64,000 nucleotides of DNA from a bacterium (GTDB taxonomy: Bacteria > Patescibacteriota > Minisyncoccia > Phycocordibacterales > JBBTRF01). Shown in pieces: positions 35,632-44,680 of this stretch. The stretch's first letter is position 1; each line of letters starts with the position of its first letter. The notes below the pieces were generated by a model. That model had not been told where the DNA came from. It did not search any database and saw only the letters and a program-made list of their open reading frames with translations. The stretch is taken from the NCBI GenBank assembly GCA_037130265.1, contig JBAXTI010000001.1:325765-389764 (forward strand), in the 5' to 3' direction. A program made the position numbers and the translations under genes.

Positions 35632-36609
35632 ATGAATGATCAGAATATCGTACTTCCATCAAAGCCTCGAATCATCAAAGAAGATGGTTCTGTAGGTATT
35701 TACGAAATTGATGGATTGTACCCAGGATATGGCCACACTCTCGGCAACTCTCTCCGACGCATCATCCTGTCGTCTCTTCCGGGCGCAGCGATTACTTCAG
35801 TGAAGATCACTGGAGTTTCTCACGAATTCTCAACCATCGAGGGTGTAAAGGAAGATGTCATCACTATCCTCCTCAACCTCAAGAAGATTCGCATTCAGCT
35901 TTTGAGCGATGAGCCTCAGGTCATGACCCTCCGAGTGAAGGGTGTGAAGAATGCGACCGGCGCAGACATCGAGGCTCCAGGTCAGGTTGTCATCGTAAAC
36001 AAGGAACAGCACATTGCTTCTGTTACCGACAAGAACACCACCTTGGAGATTGAGATTACCGCCCAGAAGGGTCTTGGTTACGTGCCAAAGGAGGTTATCC
36101 AGAAAGAGCGCGTAGACATCGGTTCTATCGCTTTGGATGCCATTTTCACCCCAATCAAGCGAGCCAACTACGAAGTAGAGAATATGCGAGTCGGTAATCG
36201 TACTGATTTCAACCGAATCAAGCTCTTTATTGAGACTGACGGAACCATCACTCCTCACGAGGCGCTCGAGCAGTCTATCGTCACCATGATTGAGCAGCTC
36301 AAGGCGATTGTTGGCTTCAAGGAAGAGGAGATCGCTCCTGCAGAAGAAATGTCAGCAAAAGCTGATGCAGACGATGCTTCTGACAAGTCTTCAAAGAAGG
36401 AAATCGACCCAGAGCTCCTCAAGACCCGAATCGAGACCCTCGACCTCTCACCTCGAACCCTCAATGCACTCACCAGTGCAAACGTCCGAACCCTCGGCGG
36501 CTTGGTTCGAAAGAAGGAGGAGGACATTCTCGATATCGACGGCCTTGGCAGCAAGGGCGTACAGGAGATCAAGAAGTTCTTGAACAAGTACGGCATTTCA
36601 TTAAAATAA
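35632..36609 (+). CDS. rpoA: DNA-directed RNA polymerase subunit alpha
   Basis: N-terminal dimerisation domain (GHTLGNSLRRIILSSLPG) and C-terminal alpha-CTD helix-hairpin-helix. Confidence 0.95.
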   Translation: MNDQNIVLPSKPRIIKEDGSVGIYEIDGLYPGYGHTLGNSLRRIILSSLPGAAITSVKITGVSHEFSTIEGVKEDVITILLNLKKIRIQLLSDEPQVMTLRVKGVKNATGADIEAPGQVVIVNKEQHIASVTDKNTTLEIEITAQKGLGYVPKEVIQKERVDIGSIALDAIFTPIKRANYEVENMRVGNRTDFNRIKLFIETDGTITPHEALEQSIVTMIEQLKAIVGFKEEEIAPAEEMSAKADADDASDKSSKKEIDPELLKTRIETLDLSPRTLNALTSANVRTLGGLVRKKEEDILDIDGLGSKGVQEIKKFLNKYGISLK

Positions 36610-36650
36610 TCCAGACGCCAAACACACCAGAGAGTCATTAATCAACCACC

Positions 36651-37004
36651 ATGAGACACCATAATAAAAATCGAGTATTCGGACGAGAAACAGGACAGCG
36701 AAGCGCCTTGCTCAAGTCGCTCGCACTCGCATTGGTGAATCATGGCCAGATCATGACCACTGAGGCTAAGGCCAAGGAAATTCGACCATTCATCGAGCCG
36801 ATGGTGACCCGAGCAAAGACCGACACCGTCTTCAATCGACGATTGGTCATGGCACGAATTGGTTCTGCTTCAGCTGTGAAGAAGCTTTTCACTGAGATCG
36901 GACCTTCATTCAAGACTCGCAACGGTGGCTACACCCGAGTGATCAAGCTCCCAGCACGAAAGAGCGACTCTGCTCGAATGGCTGTCATTCAGTTTGTAAA
37001 ATAA
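36651..37004 (+). CDS. rplQ: 50S ribosomal protein L17
   Basis: MRHHNKNRVFGRETGQRSALLKSLA... matches the L17 family. Confidence 0.95.
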   Translation: MRHHNKNRVFGRETGQRSALLKSLALALVNHGQIMTTEAKAKEIRPFIEPMVTRAKTDTVFNRRLVMARIGSASAVKKLFTEIGPSFKTRNGGYTRVIKLPARKSDSARMAVIQFVK

Positions 37005-37014
37005 TCATACTTCC

Positions 37015-37362
37015 ATGAAACACACTCTTGACGCAAAAGACCAGAAGCTCGGACGACTCGCTACCAAGGCGGCATCTCTCCTCATGGGCAAGAATCTCAC
37101 TTCGTTTGTTCGAAATGCGGCTCCTACCGATGTGATCGTCGAGATAATCAATGCTTCAAAGGCATCGATCGCGACCAACAAGATGAAGCAGACCACCTAC
37201 GCTCGATACAGTGGTTTCCCGGGTGGTTTGAAGACTCCAAACATGGTGGATATCGTAGCGAAGAAGGGCTACAGTGAGCTCTTCCGCCTCGCGATCCAGG
37301 GCATGATTCCAAACAACCGCCTTCGCCCAGGTATGATGAAGCGTTTGACCATCAGCGAGTAA
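37015..37362 (+). CDS. rplM: 50S ribosomal protein L13
   Basis: LGRLATKAASLLMGK...YARYSGFPGG... matches the L13 family. Confidence 0.95.
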   Translation: MKHTLDAKDQKLGRLATKAASLLMGKNLTSFVRNAAPTDVIVEIINASKASIATNKMKQTTYARYSGFPGGLKTPNMVDIVAKKGYSELFRLAIQGMIPNNRLRPGMMKRLTISE

Positions 37363-37382
37363 TCGGCTATTGTATAACCTCC

Positions 37383-37793
37383 ATGACATCAAACACTACT
37401 GCTTCAGACAAAAAATACACCCAGGGCATCGGCCGACGCAAGACCTCTATTGCGAGCGTTCGCATCACTCCTGCTAGCAAGACCTCTTTCATATTGAATG
37501 AGAAGGATTTGAATACTTATTTTCCAACAGCTGAGCTTCAGCAGATTGCGATGGATGCTTTGGCAAAGTCTGCCGAGAAGTTCAAGGTGAGCGCGATGCT
37601 TTCTGGTGGCGGTATCCACTCTCAGGCAGAGGCACTTCGACACGGCATCGCACGAGCACTTATTCAACACGACATTGAGTTGCGAGGTGCGCTAAAGAAG
37701 GACGGCTTCTTGAAGCGAGACCCTCGAGCAAAGGAGCGACGAAAGTTCGGATTGAAGAAGGCCCGAAAGTCACCGGCTTGGAGCAAGCGATAG
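37383..37793 (+). CDS. rpsI: 30S ribosomal protein S9
   Basis: GRRKTSIASVRI...GGGIHSQAEALRHGIARAL...KKARKSPAWSKR matches the S9 family. Confidence 0.95.
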   Translation: MTSNTTASDKKYTQGIGRRKTSIASVRITPASKTSFILNEKDLNTYFPTAELQQIAMDALAKSAEKFKVSAMLSGGGIHSQAEALRHGIARALIQHDIELRGALKKDGFLKRDPRAKERRKFGLKKARKSPAWSKR

Positions 37794-37799
37794 TCCTAA

Positions 37800-37915
37800 G
37801 CAGACAAAACAAAACCTCACTCTGAGGGATACGCATAAATTTCTGGTGAAATTTTGCTCCGGCTCGGCCCGACGGCCTCCGCAGTTCCCTCAGAGTGAGG
37901 TTTTGTTTTGTCTGC
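37800..37915. repeat. Perfect 30-bp inverted repeat (GCAGACAAAACAAAACCTCACTCTGAGGGA / TCCCTCAGAGTGAGGTTTTGTTTTGTCTGC) around a 56-nt loop
   Basis: Read directly from the sequence, 7 nt after the rpsI stop. Probably a giant hairpin terminator or structured RNA for the ribosomal operon. No target-site duplication or transposase is present. Confidence 0.8.
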
Positions 37916-37950
37916 ATATTTCGCTTGATTGCTCCAAGTCGGAATGACTT

Positions 37951-37959
37951 TGGTATACT
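37951..37959 (+). promoter_or_regulatory. Extended -10 element (TGGTATACT) upstream of the GIY-YIG/grpE/dnaK operon
   Basis: Ends 9 nt before the ATG at 37969 and no Shine-Dalgarno is present. Confidence 0.3.
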
Positions 37960-37968
37960 GGGACTACT

Positions 37969-38226
37969 TTGGCGTATTATGTGTATATCTTGAAGTGCGC
38001 GGATGCGACCTTGTATACAGGCTCGACGAACGACGTGGAGAGACGGGTGGTGGCGCACAATGAGTCGAAGACGGGCGCGAAATACACGAAGTCGCGAAGG
38101 CCGGTGGAGCTGGTGTATACGGAGAAGTGTCGCACTCGCGGAGCGGCATTGAAAAGGGAGTGGGCGATCAAAAAGTTGACCCGCACAGAAAAATTGGCGA
38201 TAATACACCCCTATGGACGACACTAA
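37969..38226 (+). CDS. GIY-YIG nuclease family protein (UPF0213/YhbQ-like)
   Basis: GIY-YIG core YYVYILKCADATLYTGSTNDVERRVVAHN, a conserved Arg/Glu (TEKCRTRGAALKREWAIK), and only 85 aa. Confidence 0.7.
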   Translation: MAYYVYILKCADATLYTGSTNDVERRVVAHNESKTGAKYTKSRRPVELVYTEKCRTRGAALKREWAIKKLTRTEKLAIIHPYGRH

Positions 38227-38830
38227 AAATATGAAGAAACCGCAGAATGATGATGCGCAGGACGACGTTGTGATCGATGACGTCTCCGTTGAAATCGTCG
38301 ACACCAACGAAGAGGGTATCGAGAAGGGTGCACAAGCCAAGCTGAAGGACTTGCGCGACAAGCTGAAGAAGTGCGAGGCTGAAAAGCTCGACTATCTCAC
38401 TGGCTGGCAGCGCACCAAGGCCGACATGGTGAATGCGCGGAAGCGCGACGAGGAGCGTCAAAAGGAGCTCGTGAAATACGCCAACGAGGAGCTCATCCTC
38501 GACATCTTGCCGGTGCTCGACAGTTTTGATATGGCTCGTGCCAACAAAGAAGCTTGGGAGAAGGTGGATAAAAATTGGCGCATGGGTATCGAGCATATTC
38601 AGTCGCAGATTCTCGGTGTTTTGCAAAAGAACGGCCTCACCGAACTCAACCCTCTCGGCGCCGAATACAGCCCGCTCGAGCAGGAGGCGATTGAGATGGT
38701 GGAGTTGACGAATGATGCCGCTGGAAAAGCTCAGGATGGAAAGGTGGTGGCCGTGATCAACAAAGGCTACAGGCTTGGTGACCGTGTCGTCCGTCCACCA
38801 AAGGTGAAGGTGGGGGAGGTGAAGAAGTAA
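38213..38830 (+). CDS. grpE: Nucleotide exchange factor GrpE
   Basis: Coiled-coil N-terminus and GrpE signature ...ANEELILDILPVLDSFDMA... with a C-terminal beta domain. Overlaps the GIY-YIG gene by 14 nt. Confidence 0.85.
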   Translation: MDDTKNMKKPQNDDAQDDVVIDDVSVEIVDTNEEGIEKGAQAKLKDLRDKLKKCEAEKLDYLTGWQRTKADMVNARKRDEERQKELVKYANEELILDILPVLDSFDMARANKEAWEKVDKNWRMGIEHIQSQILGVLQKNGLTELNPLGAEYSPLEQEAIEMVELTNDAAGKAQDGKVVAVINKGYRLGDRVVRPPKVKVGEVKK

Positions 38831-38874
38831 GTCGACTCTTGACTAGGCAATATTTGTGGTATAATCGTAGTCCA

Positions 38875-39186
38875 ATGCTGACACTCGCTCCCCAGCAAAA
38901 TATTGTCGAAAAGGTCCTGAAAACAAGGGCTGGTGGCTATGTCCGTGCTCGTTTTTTGGTCGTGGAATACCAGGGCCAGGTGCGTGTAAAGCTGCTTTCT
39001 GCTACCCCAATCGAGGCAGCTGAAGCCTTTGCAACTCCCACTATTCAGGCCCTTCCAGCACCAGTTGAGCTCGCCGTCTTTGAATTTGTACAATCTCTCC
39101 AGCTCGAGTCTGTCGTCTATCCGCATCTCACCATCAAGGCTATTCTGAAGAGCCAACCAACCCGTGCGCCATCTTTTGCGTCCTAA
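38875..39186 (+). CDS. Hypothetical protein between grpE and dnaK
   Basis: ~104 aa with no homology recognised. The ORF-track ORF starts at 38839. Confidence 0.3.
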   Translation: MLTLAPQQNIVEKVLKTRAGGYVRARFLVVEYQGQVRVKLLSATPIEAAEAFATPTIQALPAPVELAVFEFVQSLQLESVVYPHLTIKAILKSQPTRAPSFAS

Positions 39187-39237
39187 ACTTTTGGATTTTT
39201 GAAAAATCCCTTACTAAGTTTTAACGCAAATTAACCT

Positions 39238-41172
39238 ATGTCAAAAATCATCGGTATCGACCTCGGTACCACCAACTCAGCAGTTGCAGTGATGGAAGCA
39301 GGTAGCCCAAAGATCCTCGAAAATGCCGAGGGTGCGCGTACCACGCCATCCATTGTCGCTCAATCAAAGACCGGCGATCGACTCGTCGGCCTCCTAGCAC
39401 GACGACAGGCGGTGACCAATCCAAAGAATACCGTCTTCCAGATCAAGCGTTTCATCGGACACACATTCGACGAAGAGGCGGTGCAGAAAGACAAAGCCTC
39501 TGTGCCTTTTGAGGTGCAGAAGTCGGCAAATGGCGGCGTTGAAGTAAAAATGGCCGACAAGTGGCTTCGACCGGAGGAGATTTCAGCGATGATCCTCACC
39601 AAGCTCAAGACCGACGCGGAAGCGCGACTCGGCGAGAAGGTGACTCAGGCCGTTATCACCGTCCCCGCATATTTCAACGACGCACAGCGTCAGGCCACCA
39701 AGGACGCAGGCAAGATCGCAGGTCTCGAAGTGATGCGTATTATCAACGAGCCGACCGCCGCAGCACTCGCATACGGCTTCAACAAAAAGAAAGATGAAAA
39801 GATCGTCGTCTTCGATTTCGGAGGCGGTACTTTTGACATTTCTGTGCTCGAAGTGGGTGCCGACCTCGTGGAAGTGAAGTCCACCGACGGCGACGCGCAC
39901 TTGGGCGGAAAGGACATCGACCAAAAGATCATCAAGTGGCTCTCTGATGATTTCAAAAAGGAAACCGGCATCGACCTCATGAAGGATCCTCTCGCTGTGC
40001 AGCGTCTCGACGAGGCCGCAGAAAAGGCGAAGATCGAGCTCTCGACCGCAGTGCAGACCGACATCAACATTCCGTTCATTTCATCCGGCAGCGACGGCCC
40101 GAAGCACCTCGTGAAGACCATGACTCGTTCGACCCTCGAAGATCTCACCCGAGAATTCATTGAACGAGCGATGCTCATCACCAAGCGTGCGATGGAGGCG
40201 TCACCATTCAAGGTGGCTGACATCAACGAAGTGGTGATGGTGGGAGGTCAGACTCGTATGCCAGCAATGCTCGCAGCAGTGAAGGCCTTCTTCGGCAAGG
40301 AGCTCCACATGGGTGTGAATCCTGATGAAGTTGTGGCAATCGGTGCTGCGATCCAGGGAGGCATTCTCGCAGGAGATGTGAAGGACGTGCTTTTGCTCGA
40401 CGTGATTCCACTCTCATTCGGTATTGAGACCATGGGCGGTGTCGCAACCAAACTCATCGAGAAGAACACCACTATCCCGACACAGAAGTCTCAGGTGTTC
40501 TCGACCGCAGCAGACAATCAGACCTCAGTGGAAATCCACATCACCCAAGGCGAGCGTGCGATGGCGGCCGACAACAAGTCGCTCGGCAAGTTTGCCCTCG
40601 ACGGTATTCCACCAGCTCAGCGTGGCATGCCACAGGTGGAGGTGTCTTTTGACATCGACGCCAACGGTATCTTGAATGTGACTGCCAAGGACAAGACCAC
40701 CGGCAAGTCCAACTCGATCAAGATCACCGCGAGCTCAGGTTTGAGCAAGGAAGAGGTGGCGAAGATGCAGAAGGATGCAGAGATGCACAGTGCTGACGAC
40801 CAGAAGAAGCGTGAGGCTGTCGAGGCGAAAAATATTGCCGAGCAGATGATCTACACCAGTGAGAAGGCCTTGAAGGACGCGGGCGACAAAGTGTCTGCCG
40901 ATGTCCGCAAAGGTGTCGAGGACAAGATCGCTGATCTCAAGCAGGTGAAAGACGGTGCTGATTTAGCGAAAATCAAGAGCGCGACCGAAGCCCTTTCGAC
41001 CGAACTCTCGAAGGTAGGCGAAGCGATGAGCAAGGCTTCGCAGGCGGCTGCAGGTGCGAGCGCCGCTGCCGGAGCGAACGGTGCCGATCAGGCCGGTGAC
41101 AAAAAAGACATCGACGGCCCAGTTCGTGACGCTGAGTTCAAAGAGGGCGGAAAGGATGGTGAGAAGAAGTAG
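39238..41172 (+). CDS. dnaK: Molecular chaperone DnaK (Hsp70)
   Basis: [27 protein letters not shown] and [11 protein letters not shown] motifs plus a full substrate-binding domain and lid. Confidence 0.97.
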   Translation: MSKIIGIDLGTTNSAVAVMEAGSPKILENAEGARTTPSIVAQSKTGDRLVGLLARRQAVTNPKNTVFQIKRFIGHTFDEEAVQKDKASVPFEVQKSANGGVEVKMADKWLRPEEISAMILTKLKTDAEARLGEKVTQAVITVPAYFNDAQRQATKDAGKIAGLEVMRIINEPTAAALAYGFNKKKDEKIVVFDFGGGTFDISVLEVGADLVEVKSTDGDAHLGGKDIDQKIIKWLSDDFKKETGIDLMKDPLAVQRLDEAAEKAKIELSTAVQTDINIPFISSGSDGPKHLVKTMTRSTLEDLTREFIERAMLITKRAMEASPFKVADINEVVMVGGQTRMPAMLAAVKAFFGKELHMGVNPDEVVAIGAAIQGGILAGDVKDVLLLDVIPLSFGIETMGGVATKLIEKNTTIPTQKSQVFSTAADNQTSVEIHITQGERAMAADNKSLGKFALDGIPPAQRGMPQVEVSFDIDANGILNVTAKDKTTGKSNSIKITASSGLSKEEVAKMQKDAEMHSADDQKKREAVEAKNIAEQMIYTSEKALKDAGDKVSADVRKGVEDKIADLKQVKDGADLAKIKSATEALSTELSKVGEAMSKASQAAAGASAAAGANGADQAGDKKDIDGPVRDAEFKEGGKDGEKK

Positions 41173-41198
41173 CATCTAAGTAGCTTAGACGACCAGAA

Positions 41199-41274
41199 GG
41201 AGCGGGGTGACGTAGCGAAAAAGAGTGCCATCGGATTTTTCATACGAAAGTATGAGGAAAGTATGACAAATCCG
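41199..41274. repeat. Copy A of a repeated element: AGGAGCGGGG box plus a ~43-nt hairpin (CGGATTTTTCATAC-N15-GTATGACAAATCCG)
   Basis: Lies in the dnaK-dnaJ spacer. A near-identical element occurs at 57468..57535 with the hairpin inverted. Confidence 0.55.
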
Positions 41275-41412
41275 CTCATACTCAAAACCTATTCAAAAAC
41301 ACTGACACACACCCCTCCTCCTACTCTCCGTGACCAGAACGCACACGTCGCGAATGTTGTCGCGGGGAGAATGGAGGAAATAAAAAACGCATACACGCAC
41401 ACACGTATCAAA

Positions 41413-42606
41413 ATGCCAAAAGATTATTACAAAACACTGGGGGTAGAAAAGAACGCCTCGAAAGACGAGATCAAGCAGGCGTTCCGCAAGCTTGCGCACG
41501 AGTATCATCCTGACAAAAAGGGCGGGAATGAAGCCAAGTTCAAAGAAGCGAACGAGGCGTATTCGACATTGTCGGACGACGCCAAGCGTGCACAATACGA
41601 CCGTTTCGGCTCCGCGGGACCTGGCTCCGGTGGCTCAGGGGCAAGCGCTGGCGGATATGCTCGAGGGGGAAATCCGTTTGGAGGCCAGGGTGGTGGCTTC
41701 GACGGTTTTGACTTCTCACAATTCACCCAAGGTTTCGGTGGCGGTAATGGGGGGCAAAATGTGGAGTTCGACATCGGCGACATTTTTGGCGACATCTTTG
41801 GAGGCGGCGGTGGATTCGGCGGCTCAACCGGACGAGGCGGTCAGGGCGGACGAGGTCGGGCACAAAAAGGCCGGGACATGTCAATTGATATTGAAGTTCC
41901 GTTCCGCGATTCAGTATTTGGCTCCACTACGACCCTGCGCTTCAATCGCACGGCAGCCTGCGACCATTGTAAAGGCACAGGTGGTGAGCCCGGTACCGAG
42001 ATCAAGACTTGCGACACCTGTCGCGGTCAAGGAAAGGTGCAGGAAGTCCGACGTACATTCCTCGGCAATGTCAGTACCACTGCCACCTGTCCGACTTGTG
42101 CGGGCAAGGGCACGATTCCAAAAGAAAAATGCAAGGTGTGTCGTGGTGCTGGGGTGCATGACAAGCAGGAAAATCTCGAAGTGGTCATCCCAGCTGGTAT
42201 CAACGATGGCGAAATGCTCCGCATGACAGGAAAGGGCGAGACGGTTTCGGGCGCTTCCGGCAGCGCCAGCATCCCCGGCGATCTCTATGTAAAAATCCAT
42301 GTCGTCCCACATCCGCTTTTCCAGCGCGAAGGCAGTGATCTTCATTCAACTCTCGCCGTGAAGCTTTCAGAAGCGCTCCTGGGCGCGATACGTACTTTCG
42401 CTACGCTTGATGGTGATATCCAACTTAGCATCCCAGCTGGCATCGTGCATGGTGAGCAGCTCCGTGTGAAGGGTCGCGGCGTGCCAATCGGTAACAGCAA
42501 AAACCGCCGAGGCGATCTTTTTGTGAAAGTCGGTGTCGAAATGCCGAAGAATCTCTCAAAAGCGGCCAAAAAAGCTATCGAGGAGTTGAAAAAAGAAGGG
42601 ATGTAG
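41413..42606 (+). CDS. dnaJ: Molecular chaperone DnaJ
   Basis: J-domain with HPD (DYYKTLGV...YHPDKK), G/F-rich region, and four CxxCxGxG zinc-finger repeats (CDHCKGTG, CDTCRGQG, CPTCAGKG, CKVCRGAG). ORF-track start 41263 is inside the upstream hairpin element. Confidence 0.9.
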   Translation: MPKDYYKTLGVEKNASKDEIKQAFRKLAHEYHPDKKGGNEAKFKEANEAYSTLSDDAKRAQYDRFGSAGPGSGGSGASAGGYARGGNPFGGQGGGFDGFDFSQFTQGFGGGNGGQNVEFDIGDIFGDIFGGGGGFGGSTGRGGQGGRGRAQKGRDMSIDIEVPFRDSVFGSTTTLRFNRTAACDHCKGTGGEPGTEIKTCDTCRGQGKVQEVRRTFLGNVSTTATCPTCAGKGTIPKEKCKVCRGAGVHDKQENLEVVIPAGINDGEMLRMTGKGETVSGASGSASIPGDLYVKIHVVPHPLFQREGSDLHSTLAVKLSEALLGAIRTFATLDGDIQLSIPAGIVHGEQLRVKGRGVPIGNSKNRRGDLFVKVGVEMPKNLSKAAKKAIEELKKEGM

Positions 42607-42655
42607 TGGATAACCTGCGTTTCGTTTCAATCAGCCCTCTGTTACAATAGAGGGT

Positions 42656-44680
42656 ATGAAAAAAAGCATTTCCTGGCTTCTTGCAATTGCTCTGTCTTTG
42701 GTCATCGTGTTTTTATGGAGAACAAGTACTCCAGCTGCCGTCGAGGCTCAAACTCTCTCAACTCCGTCAGTCCTCGCTGGCCATGCCTGGTCGTCCAATA
42801 TTGGTTGGGTGAGTTTCAATGGATCAAATGATTCGGGAGGCGGAAGTTCTCATGCGGTAAACAGAGACGCTGCCGGTAATCTCACTGGCTACGCGTGGTC
42901 TTCCAATATTGGTTGGATCAAATTTGGTGGCTTGGACACCGCAACAATACCGACAGTCTCTGCAGCACCTGGTACGCAGCAAATAAATGCGAAAGTGGAC
43001 ACCTCAACCGGACGACTCATCGGCTGGGCTCGGGCGTGTGCGGGGATGAGTGATCCGGTGGGGTGTACGGATGCAGTTCAATCTACTCAGGTCACCGCGG
43101 GAACGAATGGTTTGTCGACATCGTCATCACAAATAATTTTGAATTGGCAGATTGGACTTTTTGAACAGCAGGTTTATGTCACGAATAATACGTCTACCAC
43201 CTTACCCGGACTCCGTATTACATTGGAATCATCACTTCCTTCTGGCACAACTCTTTACTTTGCAAATACTGATAGTAACGGCAAATTTTATTTACAGCAT
43301 AACTATCCCATCTCTCCCGGTCAGACGGTACATATTGTAGCTGAATATTTGAACTTGCTTAGAAATATGCCCCAGACACCTTTGAATTTTTCTGCACAGG
43401 CATTAAATCAAGCCATTTTAGAACCCGTTTTGCCAGTAGGTAGTACTTTGATTAATACAATTCCTTCAAGCTCCATTTTATATCCCAATAACGCTTGGAC
43501 CACCCTTCCACACAAGTTGATATTTTGGAGTACATCGAGTCTGCTATTAGGTGAAAAAATAGCAATACAGTATAGCGATGATAACGGGGTTACTTGGCCT
43601 ACTTATTTTGGTAAGGGGATGAGTATACATGTAATTGATGCACCGACGCCGAATGTGGTCGATTATGGTGCTCCCCATACCATGGTTCCACCTCCGGAAA
43701 ATCGAATGTATAAGGTCTATAAATTACCTGTGGATACTTATCCTGCAAGAGATGGGGGATCGACATATAATCCTAGTTTAACTACTTTATTGACACTTCC
43801 CTCTACTATCGACCCTCGCGGAGGCTGGCGCGGTTGGATTAGCTTGAGTAGCACTGCTGATTCTGGAAATTACGGCGTCCAGCTCGAATCTAACGGCCAA
43901 TATTCTGGATATGCATGGGGATCAGATGTCATCGGTTGGATGCAGTTTACCCCGACAGTGCCCGGTGGCGGGGGTGGTGGGCCAACCTGCCCCGGTGTCT
44001 GCGAAACCGCCAAAACACTTTCCCTCACCTGCGCCACACGTGTAGCCGAGAGCACGGCCGGAAGCTGGACATGGACCGCTACCATCTCGAGTGTCTTTAA
44101 GGGTACTGCCCCATATACATTCAGCTGGATACCTCCGGGTGGCACAACCTCGACACAACAGCCTTTGTTCACTCCAACCACAGGTGCACCTATCAGCGCT
44201 TCTTTCACCACTCCCGCAACCTCTGAACAATTCCCAATGGTCTCGGTCGCAGATACACAAGGATACACCTCCCAACCCATCGCCTGTTCATCTGTTCCTG
44301 TACAGGTACTCCTACCTAGTGTTGAGTTCGGCGGAGTTGCAATTCCAAGTACCAATTCTTCCGAACCAACCACCCCATCTTCGTATCGAAACGCATTCAG
44401 TATGCAACGAGGAAAGGTGGTTGCGCTGAGATATGATGTCTCTGGCGGAAACACAGACGACACCTATCGCATTACGCAATCATTTCAGGGTGTAACAGGT
44501 GATTTGCTCCCAAGCACTGCTGTTCTTTCTGGGGTGCAAACCAAAAAAACCGCTGCACTCAACACAAACGGAGTCTATACCTACACCCTCAAGATCTTCT
44601 CGAAGGATGCCGTTAATCCTAAGACCACTTCGGTAGTCACCGTCACAGTTCGCAATGACCCAGACCTCAATGAATTCTAG
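42656..44680 (+). CDS. Large secreted/cell-surface protein with G(Y/H)AWSSNIGW(I/V) repeats
   Basis: Signal anchor MKKSISWLLAIALSLVIVFLW, three copies of the GxAWSSNIGW motif, a Gly6 run, a Cys-containing segment and Thr/Ser/Pro-rich regions. No enzymatic domain is recognised. Confidence 0.5.
   Translation: MKKSISWLLAIALSLVIVFLWRTSTPAAVEAQTLSTPSVLAGHAWSSNIGWVSFNGSNDSGGGSSHAVNRDAAGNLTGYAWSSNIGWIKFGGLDTATIPTVSAAPGTQQINAKVDTSTGRLIGWARACAGMSDPVGCTDAVQSTQVTAGTNGLSTSSSQIILNWQIGLFEQQVYVTNNTSTTLPGLRITLESSLPSGTTLYFANTDSNGKFYLQHNYPISPGQTVHIVAEYLNLLRNMPQTPLNFSAQALNQAILEPVLPVGSTLINTIPSSSILYPNNAWTTLPHKLIFWSTSSLLLGEKIAIQYSDDNGVTWPTYFGKGMSIHVIDAPTPNVVDYGAPHTMVPPPENRMYKVYKLPVDTYPARDGGSTYNPSLTTLLTLPSTIDPRGGWRGWISLSSTADSGNYGVQLESNGQYSGYAWGSDVIGWMQFTPTVPGGGGGGPTCPGVCETAKTLSLTCATRVAESTAGSWTWTATISSVFKGTAPYTFSWIPPGGTTSTQQPLFTPTTGAPISASFTTPATSEQFPMVSVADTQGYTSQPIACSSVPVQVLLPSVEFGGVAIPSTNSSEPTTPSSYRNAFSMQRGKVVALRYDVSGGNTDDTYRITQSFQGVTGDLLPSTAVLSGVQTKKTAALNTNGVYTYTLKIFSKDAVNPKTTSVVTVTVRNDPDLNEF

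Noticed and set aside
37800-37915. Calling the 30-bp inverted-repeat element a MITE or mobile element
   Set aside because: There is no target-site duplication, no transposase, and only a single copy in this window. It is reported as a repeat/hairpin of unknown function instead.
38150-39240. CIRCE (TTAGCACTC-N9-GAGTGCTAA) or HAIR heat-shock operators upstream of grpE/dnaK/dnaJ
   Set aside because: Only partial half-sites were seen (e.g. GAGTGCC near 41224, TTGAGT near 57481), with no full inverted repeat. No hrcA gene is in the window.
41263-41412. 50-aa N-terminal extension of dnaJ in the ORF track
   Set aside because: The start codon lies inside the repeated palindromic element. The J-domain begins at MPKDYYKTLGV (41413), the normal DnaJ N-terminus.
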